Assembly (NCBI GenBank): GCA_964408775.1
Contig: CAYPAP010000001.1
Span: 353,839-417,838, forward strand
DNA length: 64,000 nt
Source of the DNA: an uncultured Gammaproteobacteria bacterium
GTDB lineage: Bacteria; Patescibacteriota; Patescibacteriia; Patescibacteriales; UBA12465
Direction of reading: 5' to 3'
The translations under genes and the position numbers were made by a program. Positions within the stretch are counted from its first letter, which is position 1. Each line of letters opens with the position of its first letter. The notes below the pieces were generated by a model. It worked only from the letters and a program-made list of their open reading frames with translations. It ran no database searches and was not told the origin of the DNA. Shown here piece after piece: positions 26,357-36,532 of this stretch.

Positions 26357-28279
26357 ATGTCTACAGCAAAATCAAATTTTTCTAACAAGAAAAACAATCG
26401 TTTAATTTTTTCCTTAATTATAGCTTTGTTTTTAGTTGTTTTAATAAAAACGGGTGATAATTATTATAATAACTTTAGCTCTTGGTTATCAGCCAAAACT
26501 AACGACGTTGTTGTTTTACCGAAAATAAAAGAAACTCCTTTTAGGTTAGGACTAGATTTACAAGGGGGAGCTCAGTTGGTCTATCAAGCGGATGTTTCTC
26601 AAATTCCAGATTCCGATAGAGATGACTTGTTGGAAGGAGTTAAAGAGGTTATTGAGAGAAGGGTCAACTCTTTTGGTGTAAGCGAACCAGTTATCCAGGT
26701 TAATAAAACAATAGACGGCGATTACCGAGTTATTGTAGAGCTGGCTGGAGTTAAAAGCGTCGACGATGCTATTAAGGAAATTGGAGAAACCCCTCGTCTA
26801 GAATTTAAGGAACAAGATTCAGATGTGAGCAACCTTTCTGATGAAGATCTTCTAATGATGGAAGAATATAATAATGGCCTACAATCAAGGATTCAAGAAA
26901 TACACCAAGAGTTAAAATCTGGAGCAGATTTTGCTACTCTAGCTAAAAATTATAATGATCCTAAAAGTTTGTCTTCTGGAGATAATTCTATTGGAGCGGA
27001 AAATGATGGTGATTTGGGCTGGGTAAGTTCAGAATCTAATAATTATATCTATAGCTTGGTTAAAGATTTAGAGGTGGGTCAATTTACAGAAATTATTGAA
27101 ACTGATTTAGATTATTCTATTTTAAAACTAGAAGACAAGAAGTCTGACTCTGGTCTTTTCGTTGAAGAAGATTCTGGTTCTTCAGCTGAGTATAAAGTCA
27201 GAGAGGTTTTTCTACAAAAAATGACTCAGGAAGATTTATTGGGAGTTACTGATAATTGGAAAATAACTGAATTGACCGGTAAAAATTTAAAAAGGGCAGT
27301 TATTGAATTTAATCCTAATGATAACAGGCCGGAGGTTTCCTTAGAGTTTGATAGTGAGGGAGCCGAGCTTTTCGCTGAGATTACAGAAAGAAATATAGGC
27401 AAACCAGTGGCTATTTATCTAGACGATTATCCTATCAGCGTCCCGACAGTCAACGAAAAAATTTCTGGAGGGAAAGCTGTTATTAGCGGAAACTTTAGTA
27501 TTACTGAGGCCAAGGAATTAGTACAAAGATTAAAAGCTGGTGCTTTGCCAGTTCCAATTGATCTAATTAATCAAAAAACTGTAGGAGCAAGCCTAGGACA
27601 TCAGTCTGTGATTGATAGTTTAGAGGCAGGAATTATTGGTTTAATATTGGTTGCTTTATTTATGATTTTGTTTTATCGACTCTTTGGATTAACCGCAGTT
27701 TTCTCTTTATTAATTTATGGCACTGTTGTTTTGGCTATATTTAAAGCTCTGCCAATTTCAATAGCTCTAATTATTGGGTTGTTTTTTGTGGCTTTGATTT
27801 TAATAACATTTGATGAATTAAAATTATTAGATGTTGCTATGACCGCTTTATTTGTCGCTATAGCGATTATATTAATGGTTTATGGTCTAAATTCCATTAC
27901 TCTAACCTTAGCAGGGATAGCTGGCTTTATATTATCTATTGGTATGGCGGTTGATGCTAATATTTTGATTTTTGAAAGAATAAAAGAGGAGTTAAAAACA
28001 GGCAGAACTCTACGGGACGCTATTGACGAGGGGATTCGTCGAGCATGGCCATCTATTAGAGACGGAAATATTTCTACTCTATTAATATGCCTAGTGCTTA
28101 TGAGTTTTGGAACGGGAGCTTTAAAGGGATTCGGGACAACTCTATTTATTGGGGTTTCAGTTTCTATGTTTAGCGCCGTCGTTATTACTAGAAATTTTTT
28201 AAATTTATTTTTAAATAAAAAAATGGAAAACTCTCGATTTCTTTTAGGTGTTAAAAGAAAAGTAGAAGATTCTAATTAA
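26357..28279 (+). CDS. secD: Protein translocase subunit SecD with an inserted parvulin-like segment
   Basis: GLDLQGGAQLVY, the LEFKEQ P1 region and the C-terminal 6-TM module (GIAGFILSIGMAVDANILIFERIKEE). There is an extra ~140 aa between LEFKEQD and ELTGKNLKRA. Confidence 0.9.
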   Translation: MSTAKSNFSNKKNNRLIFSLIIALFLVVLIKTGDNYYNNFSSWLSAKTNDVVVLPKIKETPFRLGLDLQGGAQLVYQADVSQIPDSDRDDLLEGVKEVIERRVNSFGVSEPVIQVNKTIDGDYRVIVELAGVKSVDDAIKEIGETPRLEFKEQDSDVSNLSDEDLLMMEEYNNGLQSRIQEIHQELKSGADFATLAKNYNDPKSLSSGDNSIGAENDGDLGWVSSESNNYIYSLVKDLEVGQFTEIIETDLDYSILKLEDKKSDSGLFVEEDSGSSAEYKVREVFLQKMTQEDLLGVTDNWKITELTGKNLKRAVIEFNPNDNRPEVSLEFDSEGAELFAEITERNIGKPVAIYLDDYPISVPTVNEKISGGKAVISGNFSITEAKELVQRLKAGALPVPIDLINQKTVGASLGHQSVIDSLEAGIIGLILVALFMILFYRLFGLTAVFSLLIYGTVVLAIFKALPISIALIIGLFFVALILITFDELKLLDVAMTALFVAIAIILMVYGLNSITLTLAGIAGFILSIGMAVDANILIFERIKEELKTGRTLRDAIDEGIRRAWPSIRDGNISTLLICLVLMSFGTGALKGFGTTLFIGVSVSMFSAVVITRNFLNLFLNKKMENSRFLLGVKRKVEDSN

Positions 28280-28305
28280 AATAATAAAATAATTAAGGCA
28301 AAAAT

Positions 28306-29337
28306 ATGTTTAAGTTTAATATTATAGGTAATAGAAAAATTTGGTTAGCAATATCTGGTGTTTTGGTCTCCCTTTCTATCGTCGCGCTTTTTTCCTGGGG
28401 ACTTAATTTTGGCATAGACTTTACTGGAGGAAGCTTACTGGAGCTTCGCTTTACCGAGAAAGCTCCCAGTGCTATTGAGGCTAGAGATAGTTTAAGTGAT
28501 TTAGAACTAAGCAGCCTAATTATTCAACCAGCCGAGGGAGATTCTATAATTTTGCGCTTTAAAGATGACGATCCTAAAATACACTCTCAGATAATGGAAA
28601 GAATGATCTCTTTAGCTGAAAGCATTTCTCCTCAAGATGAGTCAGAAGAGACAGGAGGAGGAGATATAAACACATCAGACGTTGTTGTTGGTTCCGATGG
28701 TGAAGTTGATGTCGTTGTTGACTCTAGTAATAGCGATTCAGTGGGCGCAAGCGAATCGTCCTTAGTAGAGGAGATTCGATTCGATTCAGTTGGACCATCT
28801 ATTGGACAAGAGTTGAGAAACAAATCTTTTAATACCATCTTTTTAGTTTTAATTATTATTATACTTTATATTTCCTTGGTTTTTAGAAAGGTTTCTAAAC
28901 CAGTTTCTTCCTGGAAATACGGGATCGCATCAATCGTTGCCTTATTCCACGATGTTTTAATAGTTTTGGGTGTTTTTGCAGTTTTAGGCAAATTTTATAA
29001 TGTGGAAATTAACACACCTTTTATAGCAGCTCTTTTAACAGTTTTGGGTTATAGTGTTAATGATACTATTATCGTTTTTGATAGGATTAGAGAGAACCTA
29101 CCTAGGAGTGTTGAAAATTTTACCAACACTATTAACAAAAGCGTTAACCAAACCTTGGTTAGATCTCTTAACACTTCATTCACCACCCTTTTAGTTTTAT
29201 TGGCTATTATTATTTTCGGCGGAGGATCCATCAGGGAGTTTGTTTTGGCTTTAGCAATTGGAATATTTATTGGAACCTATAGCTCTATATTTGTTGCTAG
29301 TCCTGTTCTGGTTTGGTTTGATAGAAAGAGAAAGTAG
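28306..29337 (+). CDS. secF: Protein translocase subunit SecF
   Basis: GIDFTGGS and LGYSVNDTIIVFDRIRE in a 6-TM layout. An acidic/Ser-rich insert sits in the periplasmic loop. Confidence 0.9.
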   Translation: MFKFNIIGNRKIWLAISGVLVSLSIVALFSWGLNFGIDFTGGSLLELRFTEKAPSAIEARDSLSDLELSSLIIQPAEGDSIILRFKDDDPKIHSQIMERMISLAESISPQDESEETGGGDINTSDVVVGSDGEVDVVVDSSNSDSVGASESSLVEEIRFDSVGPSIGQELRNKSFNTIFLVLIIIILYISLVFRKVSKPVSSWKYGIASIVALFHDVLIVLGVFAVLGKFYNVEINTPFIAALLTVLGYSVNDTIIVFDRIRENLPRSVENFTNTINKSVNQTLVRSLNTSFTTLLVLLAIIIFGGGSIREFVLALAIGIFIGTYSSIFVASPVLVWFDRKRK

Positions 29338-29434
29338 ATTTCTAGTTATTTTAAAAATCGTGCTATCTAGTGCGATTTTTTTTTAGTTTTTTTTGTGCTA
29401 TAATTATTATTGTAGATAAATTTCAATAAACATT

Positions 29435-31390
29435 ATGAAAAGCTTAAAGCTTGATAAATCCTTGGATTTTTTAATAGAGTCTCTTTATTTGGGTATTATT
29501 TTTTTAATTCCTATATATTTTGGGGTTTTTATATCCTCAGCCCATCCTTTTGATTTTCAGAAAATGACCCTTTTTAAGATGATTTTGTTTTTTCTGATAT
29601 TTTTTTCTGTTATTAGATTCGCCTTTTATTATAATTTTAAAAAGCTGTTCGCCAGGGTTTTTGGTAAGTATTTTTACATTCCCTTTTTTATATTAGTTTT
29701 TTCCCTAATTACTGTTTTATGGTCAGTTGATCCACGCCTATCCTTTTATGGCAGTCTTGAGCGCCAGGTTGGTTGGATGAGTGAATTTTATTTTTTTCTG
29801 TTTTTTATCATTTTGACTTTAAATTTGGTTATTTCTAAAAATAAAAGCAAGAAGATAAAAAATTTATTAATTACTTCGGTCCTCTCTTCTTTTTTAGTTT
29901 CGCTTTATGCTGTTTTTCAGTTCTTGGGCTGGGATTTTATTGTTTGGGATGAGCCGGTTAGGGAAACTCGACGAGCGATGTCGACTCTGGGGCAGCCTAA
30001 TTTTTTAGGGTCATTTCTATTGTTAACACTTCCTTTTTCGTTATGTCTGGCCGCCTCAAGTAAAAAAGTATATTTAAGAGCTGCTTATATCTCTTTGTTT
30101 TTCATACAATTTATCGCCATTATTTTTTCTGGTAGTAGGGGGGCTTGGGTTGGATTGCTGGCAGCTTCATTTTTAATTTTAGCCTTGTTTTATTATAGAA
30201 AAAATAAAAAGATATTTTTTTCAGGCTTGGCTTTAATAATTATCATTTTATTAGTTTTGATTTTTGGTAATAATTTTGCCAGCAAGAGATTTCAGGATTC
30301 TTTCAATTTTTCTAGCGGAAGCACGTCCGTTAGATCATATATTTGGTCAGCCTCCCTTAATATTTTGGATGACCGAGATTGGGGATACGGACTAGAAAAT
30401 CAAAAAGATGCTCTATGGAAAAATTATAAAGTTGATTGGGCCGTTGATAATAAGGTTAACGTTGTTTTTGATAGAGCTCATAATCTATTTTTAGATATTG
30501 TTTTAACAATTGGACTGATTGGTTTGTTTTTTTATCTGTGGTTTTATTATTTTTCTTTTAAATTAGCGATAAACAATATTAGGGAGGATAAAAATACAAT
30601 TCTCTCTTTGGCAATATTTTGGTCCCTGACGGCCTATCTAGTTTCCCTTTTATTTAACTTCTCAGTTGTGGTTACTAGTATTTATTTTTGGATGGTAATT
30701 TCTTTATTAATATCTCTTAATTTTGTTTCAGAGGCTTATGCTTCTTATGAGCACACAAAAAAAGATATTATTTTAAAAAAGATTTTAGTTTTTATAGTTT
30801 TATTACTTTGTTCCTTTGGTTTTTGGAGGGAGGTTAGAAACTTTAATGCTGATTATTATTTCTTAAAGTTTAAGCAATTCTTCTTGGTCCAAGAAGTCCC
30901 GGCTTCTGTGGTGACCTTCTCTTATTTGAGAGAAGAGGCTCCGGTTTATCAAGAATATTATTATCAATTTATAGGCACGGTTTTTGGTAATTTTAATAAT
31001 TTTCCAGATGAGACCTCTCGTCATATAGCGAAAGAAGAGGTCGGTCTTGTCTTCCTAGAATTAGAGAAGGAAAAAAATAATAATTCTTTTTCTTATCGAT
31101 TAGCCAGGGCTCAGGCATTGGCAATTTTAGGTAATTTTACAGAATCAGACAATTTGTTTAGAGATTTATTATGGGATTCGTCTAAGTATCCAGATTTTTA
31201 TTTCAATAAAGCTAAAATGGAAATAATGAGAGAGAATTTTCCTTTAGCTAAGAATAATTTAGAAATAGCTCTAGAGCTCCTTCCTCCGGAAGAGAGCTTG
31301 AGTAGTGAAATAAACGCAAAAGCCCTAAGGCTTTATAGGGATAAAATTATTTTAGAAATGTCTTTGGTCGATAGTCTTATTAATAATTAA
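29435..31390 (+). CDS. O-antigen-ligase-like (Wzy_C) polytopic membrane protein with C-terminal TPR-like repeats
   Basis: At least 10 hydrophobic helices. Wzy_C-type loop SGSRGAWVGLLAA ... RAHNLFLDIVLTIGLIGL. The C-terminal ~200 aa is a soluble helical repeat region. Confidence 0.7.
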   Translation: MKSLKLDKSLDFLIESLYLGIIFLIPIYFGVFISSAHPFDFQKMTLFKMILFFLIFFSVIRFAFYYNFKKLFARVFGKYFYIPFFILVFSLITVLWSVDPRLSFYGSLERQVGWMSEFYFFLFFIILTLNLVISKNKSKKIKNLLITSVLSSFLVSLYAVFQFLGWDFIVWDEPVRETRRAMSTLGQPNFLGSFLLLTLPFSLCLAASSKKVYLRAAYISLFFIQFIAIIFSGSRGAWVGLLAASFLILALFYYRKNKKIFFSGLALIIIILLVLIFGNNFASKRFQDSFNFSSGSTSVRSYIWSASLNILDDRDWGYGLENQKDALWKNYKVDWAVDNKVNVVFDRAHNLFLDIVLTIGLIGLFFYLWFYYFSFKLAINNIREDKNTILSLAIFWSLTAYLVSLLFNFSVVVTSIYFWMVISLLISLNFVSEAYASYEHTKKDIILKKILVFIVLLLCSFGFWREVRNFNADYYFLKFKQFFLVQEVPASVVTFSYLREEAPVYQEYYYQFIGTVFGNFNNFPDETSRHIAKEEVGLVFLELEKEKNNNSFSYRLARAQALAILGNFTESDNLFRDLLWDSSKYPDFYFNKAKMEIMRENFPLAKNNLEIALELLPPEESLSSEINAKALRLYRDKIILEMSLVDSLINN

Positions 31391-31396
31391 AAAATT

Positions 31397-32179
31397 ATGC
31401 CTTCTTTGGATTTCTTTTTTGTAATTTCAATTTTTATTTTTTTTCTTGGGTTAATTTTTGGTAGTTTTTTAAATTGCTTAATTTGGCGCCTTTATAAGGG
31501 GGAGACAGTTTTAGGCAGGTCTTATTGTCCTAAGTGTAAAAAAGAAATAAAATGGTTTGATAACATACCTGTTGTTAGTTTTTTTGTTTTGAAGAAAAAG
31601 TGTCGTTTTTGTAATAAAAAAATATCCTGGCAGTACCCTCTAGTTGAGATTATTACTGGTTTATTGTTTTTCTTGGCTTTTTATTTTAACTTTATAAACG
31701 ATTTTTCCATTATTAAATTATTATTAAACTTAATTTTAATTTTAATTTTAATAATAGTCTTTGTTTTTGATTGGCGTTGGTTTTTAATTCCAGTACAAGT
31801 ATTGTTAGTTGGTGGTTTACTTGCGCTGGTCTTGAATTTATTTTTAGGTTTTTCTATATATCAAATATTTTTTTCAATGTTAATAGGCGCTGGTTTTTTT
31901 GCTTTGCAATATATCATTACTAGGGGAAGGGGTATAGGAGAGGGTGATATTTGGTTGGGAGGATTCTTGGGAATAGCCTTCCCGGTGCTTAGTCAAATTA
32001 TTGCTTTAATTTTTTTAACCTATATAATTGGAGGAGTTGTTGCTACTATTTTGCTTTTGTTGGGTTTAAAAAAAATGGGGTCTAAGTTGCCTTTGGGGAT
32101 ATTTTTGTCAACTTCGGCTTTGATTATATTGTTTTTTGGAGAAAGCATCGTTAATTGGTATTTAGGGCTCATTTTCTGA
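31397..32179 (+). CDS. pilD: Prepilin peptidase (A24 family)
   Basis: N-terminal GSFLNCLIWRL and the Zn motif CPKC..CRFC, then the Asp motif GIGEGDIWLGGFLG in a multi-TM protein. It ends at TGA. Confidence 0.9.
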   Translation: MPSLDFFFVISIFIFFLGLIFGSFLNCLIWRLYKGETVLGRSYCPKCKKEIKWFDNIPVVSFFVLKKKCRFCNKKISWQYPLVEIITGLLFFLAFYFNFINDFSIIKLLLNLILILILIIVFVFDWRWFLIPVQVLLVGGLLALVLNLFLGFSIYQIFFSMLIGAGFFALQYIITRGRGIGEGDIWLGGFLGIAFPVLSQIIALIFLTYIIGGVVATILLLLGLKKMGSKLPLGIFLSTSALIILFFGESIVNWYLGLIF

Positions 32180-32260
32180 TAAATTGCCGATATTGCTATC
32201 ATTGCTAATATTTAAAAATTTTAGTATAATAGATAATATAAAATAAATAATTTTTTTAAT

Positions 32261-33523
32261 ATGAAAAACGATATCATTGTTGGTCTTGATATTGGGTCAA
32301 GTGCTATAAAGCTGGTGATTGCGCAGAAAAAGGTTGATTTTAATGAAGAAAGCATCCATATAATTGGCGCAGTTTCTCACCCTAGCGCTGGAGTTGGAAA
32401 AAATGGTGTTATAAATAGTATCGAAGATGCAGTATCTTCTCTTTCAGCTTGCCTAGAAAAGGCAGAGAGGTTGGTGGGGGTTCCTATTAGCTCGGTATGG
32501 CTCTCTTTTAATCATTCTAAGATAAAATACGAGAGAGTAAAAGGGGTAGCGATTATTAGTAAAAATGACGGAGAAATTGATCAAAACGATATTGATCGGG
32601 CCATTGATTCAGCCAAGTCATTTCCGGTACCCAATAATTACGAAATTTTTAAAACTTTCCCTGTTAAATATAATATTGATAATAATGAAGACGTTAAGGA
32701 CCCTATTGGAATGCGAGGAATTCGTCTGGAAGTAGAGGTTTTGGTTTCTATGGTTTTAACCAGCCAAATGAATAATTTAGTTAAAGTAGTGCAAAGGGTG
32801 GGGCTGGGAATAGATGATATTTCTTTTCCTAGCATTACTATGGCAGAACTATTTTTAACCAGCAAGGAGATAGAATTAGGAGTAGCTGTTGTTGATATTG
32901 GAGCCACTACCACCTCCTTGGCTGTTTATGAAGATGGTGTTTTACTACACTTTAACACTCTTCCAATTGGCTCAGAATACATTACAGCAGATATTGCCCT
33001 GGGATTAAAATGCCCCATAACCTTAGCAGAAAAAATAAAATTAGAGTTTGGCGACTCAGATTCTTCTTCAGTTGATAATAAAGAAGGTATTAATATAGAG
33101 GGGTTATTAAAGGAAGAGAGAATAGAAGACGAGGATGAGACTGTTTCTAAAAAGTATTTATCAGAAATCATTGAGGCTAGGGTTGAAGAAATATTCAAAA
33201 TGGTGGATGATGAGCTTAAAAAGATAAATCGTTCTAAAATTTTGCCAGTAGGAGTATTTTTGAGTGGTGGCGGATCTTTATTAAAAAATATTTCTAAAAC
33301 AGCTAAAAAAACGCTATCACTGCCAATTGCCTTTTTGGAGCCTAAGTATATTAAAATAGAAGTAGACAAGGCTGGTCGTTTAGATTTTTTAACTGCCCTT
33401 TCTTTGGCTGTCCTTGGTGCTTACAGTGATTCTGGTCATCGAGGAAATAATTTTATTAAAGATAATTTTAAAGATGCTTTTAATAAAGCACAGGGATTTT
33501 TTAAAAAAATAATGCCAAAATAA
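32261..33523 (+). CDS. ftsA: Cell division protein FtsA
   Basis: Actin-fold phosphate motifs VGLDIGSSAIKLV and VVDIGATTTSLAVY. It sits immediately upstream of ftsZ. Confidence 0.9.
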   Translation: MKNDIIVGLDIGSSAIKLVIAQKKVDFNEESIHIIGAVSHPSAGVGKNGVINSIEDAVSSLSACLEKAERLVGVPISSVWLSFNHSKIKYERVKGVAIISKNDGEIDQNDIDRAIDSAKSFPVPNNYEIFKTFPVKYNIDNNEDVKDPIGMRGIRLEVEVLVSMVLTSQMNNLVKVVQRVGLGIDDISFPSITMAELFLTSKEIELGVAVVDIGATTTSLAVYEDGVLLHFNTLPIGSEYITADIALGLKCPITLAEKIKLEFGDSDSSSVDNKEGINIEGLLKEERIEDEDETVSKKYLSEIIEARVEEIFKMVDDELKKINRSKILPVGVFLSGGGSLLKNISKTAKKTLSLPIAFLEPKYIKIEVDKAGRLDFLTALSLAVLGAYSDSGHRGNNFIKDNFKDAFNKAQGFFKKIMPK

Positions 33524-33542
33524 TAAATTTAATTAAAATATT

Positions 33543-34847
33543 ATGCCGGAAATTAAACCAAACATTGAAACCTCTGCGAAGATTAAGGTTGTGGGAGTTG
33601 GAGGAGGCGGAGGGAACGCTGTTAATCGCATGATTGAAGCAGGGATTCGAGGAGTTGAATTCATTGCTATTAATACCGATGTCCAGGCTCTACAAAGTAG
33701 TAGGGCTAGTTATAAATTAAATATTGGAAAGACAATAACCAGGGGGTTGGGAGCTGGCATGGATCCTGAAATTGGTAGAAAAGCTGCCGAAGAATCACAA
33801 AACGAAATTAGAGAAATGTTAAAAGGGGCTGATATGGTTTTTATAACCTGTGGATTGGGTGGAGGAACAGGTAGCGGTGCCTCTCCTATCATTGCTGAAA
33901 TAGCCAAAGATCTAGGGGCGTTAACCATTGCAGTTGTTACTAAACCTTTCTTCTTTGAAGGAGGTGTACGCCAAAAAGTCGCCGACGATAGCTATAATTC
34001 ATTGTCAGAAAAGGTAGACACTATTATAGTTGTTTCTAATGAAAAGTTATTAGAAATAATTGATAAAAGAACAACCTTTATAGACTCTTTCAAGATGGCT
34101 GATAACGTTTTACGCCAGGGAGTTCAGGGAATTTCAGAAATTATTACTGTTCCGGGTATTGTTAATGCTGATTTTGCCGATGTCCGCACTATTATGGCAG
34201 ACACTGGCTCTGCTTTAATGGGTGTTGGTCAGGCCTCAGGAGAAAATAAGGCGATAGAGGCAGTAAAATCTGCTATTAATTCAGCATTATTAGAGACCTC
34301 AATTGACGGGGCTAAGGGCATAGTATTTACTATAACCGGAGGCAATGATTTAAGCATGACCGATGTTAGCGATGCCGCCAAAATGATAAACTCTTTGGCT
34401 GACAAGGATGCTAAAATAATCTTTGGAGCAGTAATTGATGAGAGCCTAGGGGACGAAATCAAAGTAACGGTGATTGCTACTGGTTTTAGTGATAAAAATT
34501 CTCGAACAATAGCCAAAAAAGATAAAGATAATGAAAGAAAAATAGATAGTGATTATTTTGGCTTTACCAAGAAAGATTATAGTATGATGGACAGTTTAGA
34601 CAAGAAACCTGAAGAGAAAAAGAAAATGGAAGAACAGCTAGAAGACAAGGATGGTCGCAAATCGATTTTTAATTTCACCTCTAAAAATATATTTAATAAA
34701 GAAAAGACAAGAGAATCTTCTAACGATTCTTTGGATGATGACTTGGATACACCGGCCTTTTTAAGAAACAAAAACAAGGCCTCTTTAGAGGAGAAGGATG
34801 ATGATCTAGATGTTCCTGCTTTTTTGAGAAATAAAATGAAAAAATAG
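33543..34847 (+). CDS. ftsZ: Cell division GTPase FtsZ (with duplicated C-terminal peptide)
   Basis: [15 protein letters not shown] and the tubulin signature [17 protein letters not shown]. Two copies of DDDLD[TV]PAFLRNK at the C-terminus. Confidence 0.95.
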   Translation: MPEIKPNIETSAKIKVVGVGGGGGNAVNRMIEAGIRGVEFIAINTDVQALQSSRASYKLNIGKTITRGLGAGMDPEIGRKAAEESQNEIREMLKGADMVFITCGLGGGTGSGASPIIAEIAKDLGALTIAVVTKPFFFEGGVRQKVADDSYNSLSEKVDTIIVVSNEKLLEIIDKRTTFIDSFKMADNVLRQGVQGISEIITVPGIVNADFADVRTIMADTGSALMGVGQASGENKAIEAVKSAINSALLETSIDGAKGIVFTITGGNDLSMTDVSDAAKMINSLADKDAKIIFGAVIDESLGDEIKVTVIATGFSDKNSRTIAKKDKDNERKIDSDYFGFTKKDYSMMDSLDKKPEEKKKMEEQLEDKDGRKSIFNFTSKNIFNKEKTRESSNDSLDDDLDTPAFLRNKNKASLEEKDDDLDVPAFLRNKMKK

Positions 34848-34955
34848 GGGAAAAACTACCCTTGACTTTTTAATTTTAATGCTTAATAATAAAAACAATA
34901 AACAAAAGCATTCGGAAGTGCTCGTTTTTGTCTTTTAAAAAATAAATTTTAGAGT

Positions 34956-35339
34956 ATGTTTAAAAAATTTGGGCAAAACAAGGAGATAGCTCGAGCCATG
35001 TTTATGTATATCGGGTATTCTATACTGGGGCCACTTTTGGTTATTGGTGGGATTGGGTATGTTGCGGATAAATTGCTTAACACCCATATTTTTTTGTTGC
35101 TATCAGTTTTTGTAGCCTACGGAGTTTCGAATGTTTTAATGTTTAAAAAAATAAAACAAATTAATTTAGAGATAGAAAAAAATTCCCCACCCAAAAAAGA
35201 TGAGGCAAAAGAATCTTCAGGTGTGGGGGGGTATGATGATTTGGACGATGATTATAATGAAGTTTGGCCAGTAAATAACCCGGCCTCAAAGGAAAAACCA
35301 AAGTTAGATTCGGATTTAGATTTAAATTCAAAGAATTAA
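34956..35339 (+). CDS. AtpZ/AtpI-like small membrane protein preceding the ATPase operon
   Basis: Two hydrophobic helices (YIGYSILGPLLVIGGIGYVADKLLNTHIFLLLSVFVAYGV). The position directly upstream of atpB is typical of atpI/atpZ. It has a long acidic tail. Confidence 0.5.
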   Translation: MFKKFGQNKEIARAMFMYIGYSILGPLLVIGGIGYVADKLLNTHIFLLLSVFVAYGVSNVLMFKKIKQINLEIEKNSPPKKDEAKESSGVGGYDDLDDDYNEVWPVNNPASKEKPKLDSDLDLNSKN

Positions 35340-35341
35340 AT

Positions 35342-36073
35342 ATGGAACTTAAAATATCTTTATCACCTGACATACTTTTTTATATTGGGAATTTCCCAGT
35401 TAGCAACACCTTTTTTTGGTCGTTAATAGTAACTATTTTTTTAATAGTTATTTTTGTTTATGTTGGACAAAAAATGAAGGACAGACCTTCTGGTTTACAG
35501 AATATAATAGAGGTATTAATGGAGGGTTCTTATTCTTTTATCGAATCAGTTATTGGTCCAGGAAAAAAAGCTCGAAGAATATTTCCTTTGGTTACCACAA
35601 TGTTTATTTTTGTGGTTGTCGCTAATTTAGCAGTATATATTCCTGGTCAAGCGGCATTTACAATTGATAGAGGTGAGGGGCCCTTAGCTATTTTCCGAGC
35701 AGTAATGTCTGATTACGGTTTAGTTTTAGTGATGACTTTGGTTGCGGTTATTACAACGCAAATTGTAGCAATTTATATTAGTGGTCCTTTTAGATATTTA
35801 GGAAGATTTATAAATTTCCGCAGTCCCTTAAAGTTTTTTTTAGGAATTATGGAATTAGTCGGTGAGATTGCTAAAATTGTTTCCTTGTCTTTTCGTTTAT
35901 TTGGGAATGTTTTTGCTGGAGAGATTCTTGGTATGGTGATGTTGTTTTTAGCCCCCTTCTTTATTCCCCTGCCTTTTATGTTTTTAGGCTTACTTACTGC
36001 TGTGGTTCAGGCTTTTGTTTTCGCTATGTTAACTCTTGTTTTTATCTCCGTGGTTTCAGAGATAGAGGCTTAG
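35342..36073 (+). CDS. atpB: F-type ATP synthase subunit a
   Basis: Conserved stator-Arg region SLSFRLFGNVFAGE in a 5-6 TM protein. Confidence 0.9.
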   Translation: MELKISLSPDILFYIGNFPVSNTFFWSLIVTIFLIVIFVYVGQKMKDRPSGLQNIIEVLMEGSYSFIESVIGPGKKARRIFPLVTTMFIFVVVANLAVYIPGQAAFTIDRGEGPLAIFRAVMSDYGLVLVMTLVAVITTQIVAIYISGPFRYLGRFINFRSPLKFFLGIMELVGEIAKIVSLSFRLFGNVFAGEILGMVMLFLAPFFIPLPFMFLGLLTAVVQAFVFAMLTLVFISVVSEIEA

Positions 36074-36224
36074 AGCTTAAATTTTGGCATTTTTTTAGTC
36101 TTAAGTATTATTTACTTCTAAAAAATAATCAAAATTTGAGCTTTAAAAATAATAAAAATTTAAGTTTTGTAGTTAATAAAAATTAATCAATATTTTACTA
36201 AATATTTTGTAAATTATTTAGTAA

Positions 36225-36464
<240 letters not shown>

Positions 36465-36532
36465 TTTTTTGAATGATCTTTGGGGTTTTTAAAAAGACCC
36501 CAACAATTATTTAAAAAATTTATTTAAAATAT

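Noticed and set aside
35416-35625. A 69-aa ORF in an alternative frame inside atpB, and the 70-aa antisense ORF 35161..35373.
   Set aside because: Both are nested in or overlap well-supported ATPase-operon genes, and neither translation has recognisable features.
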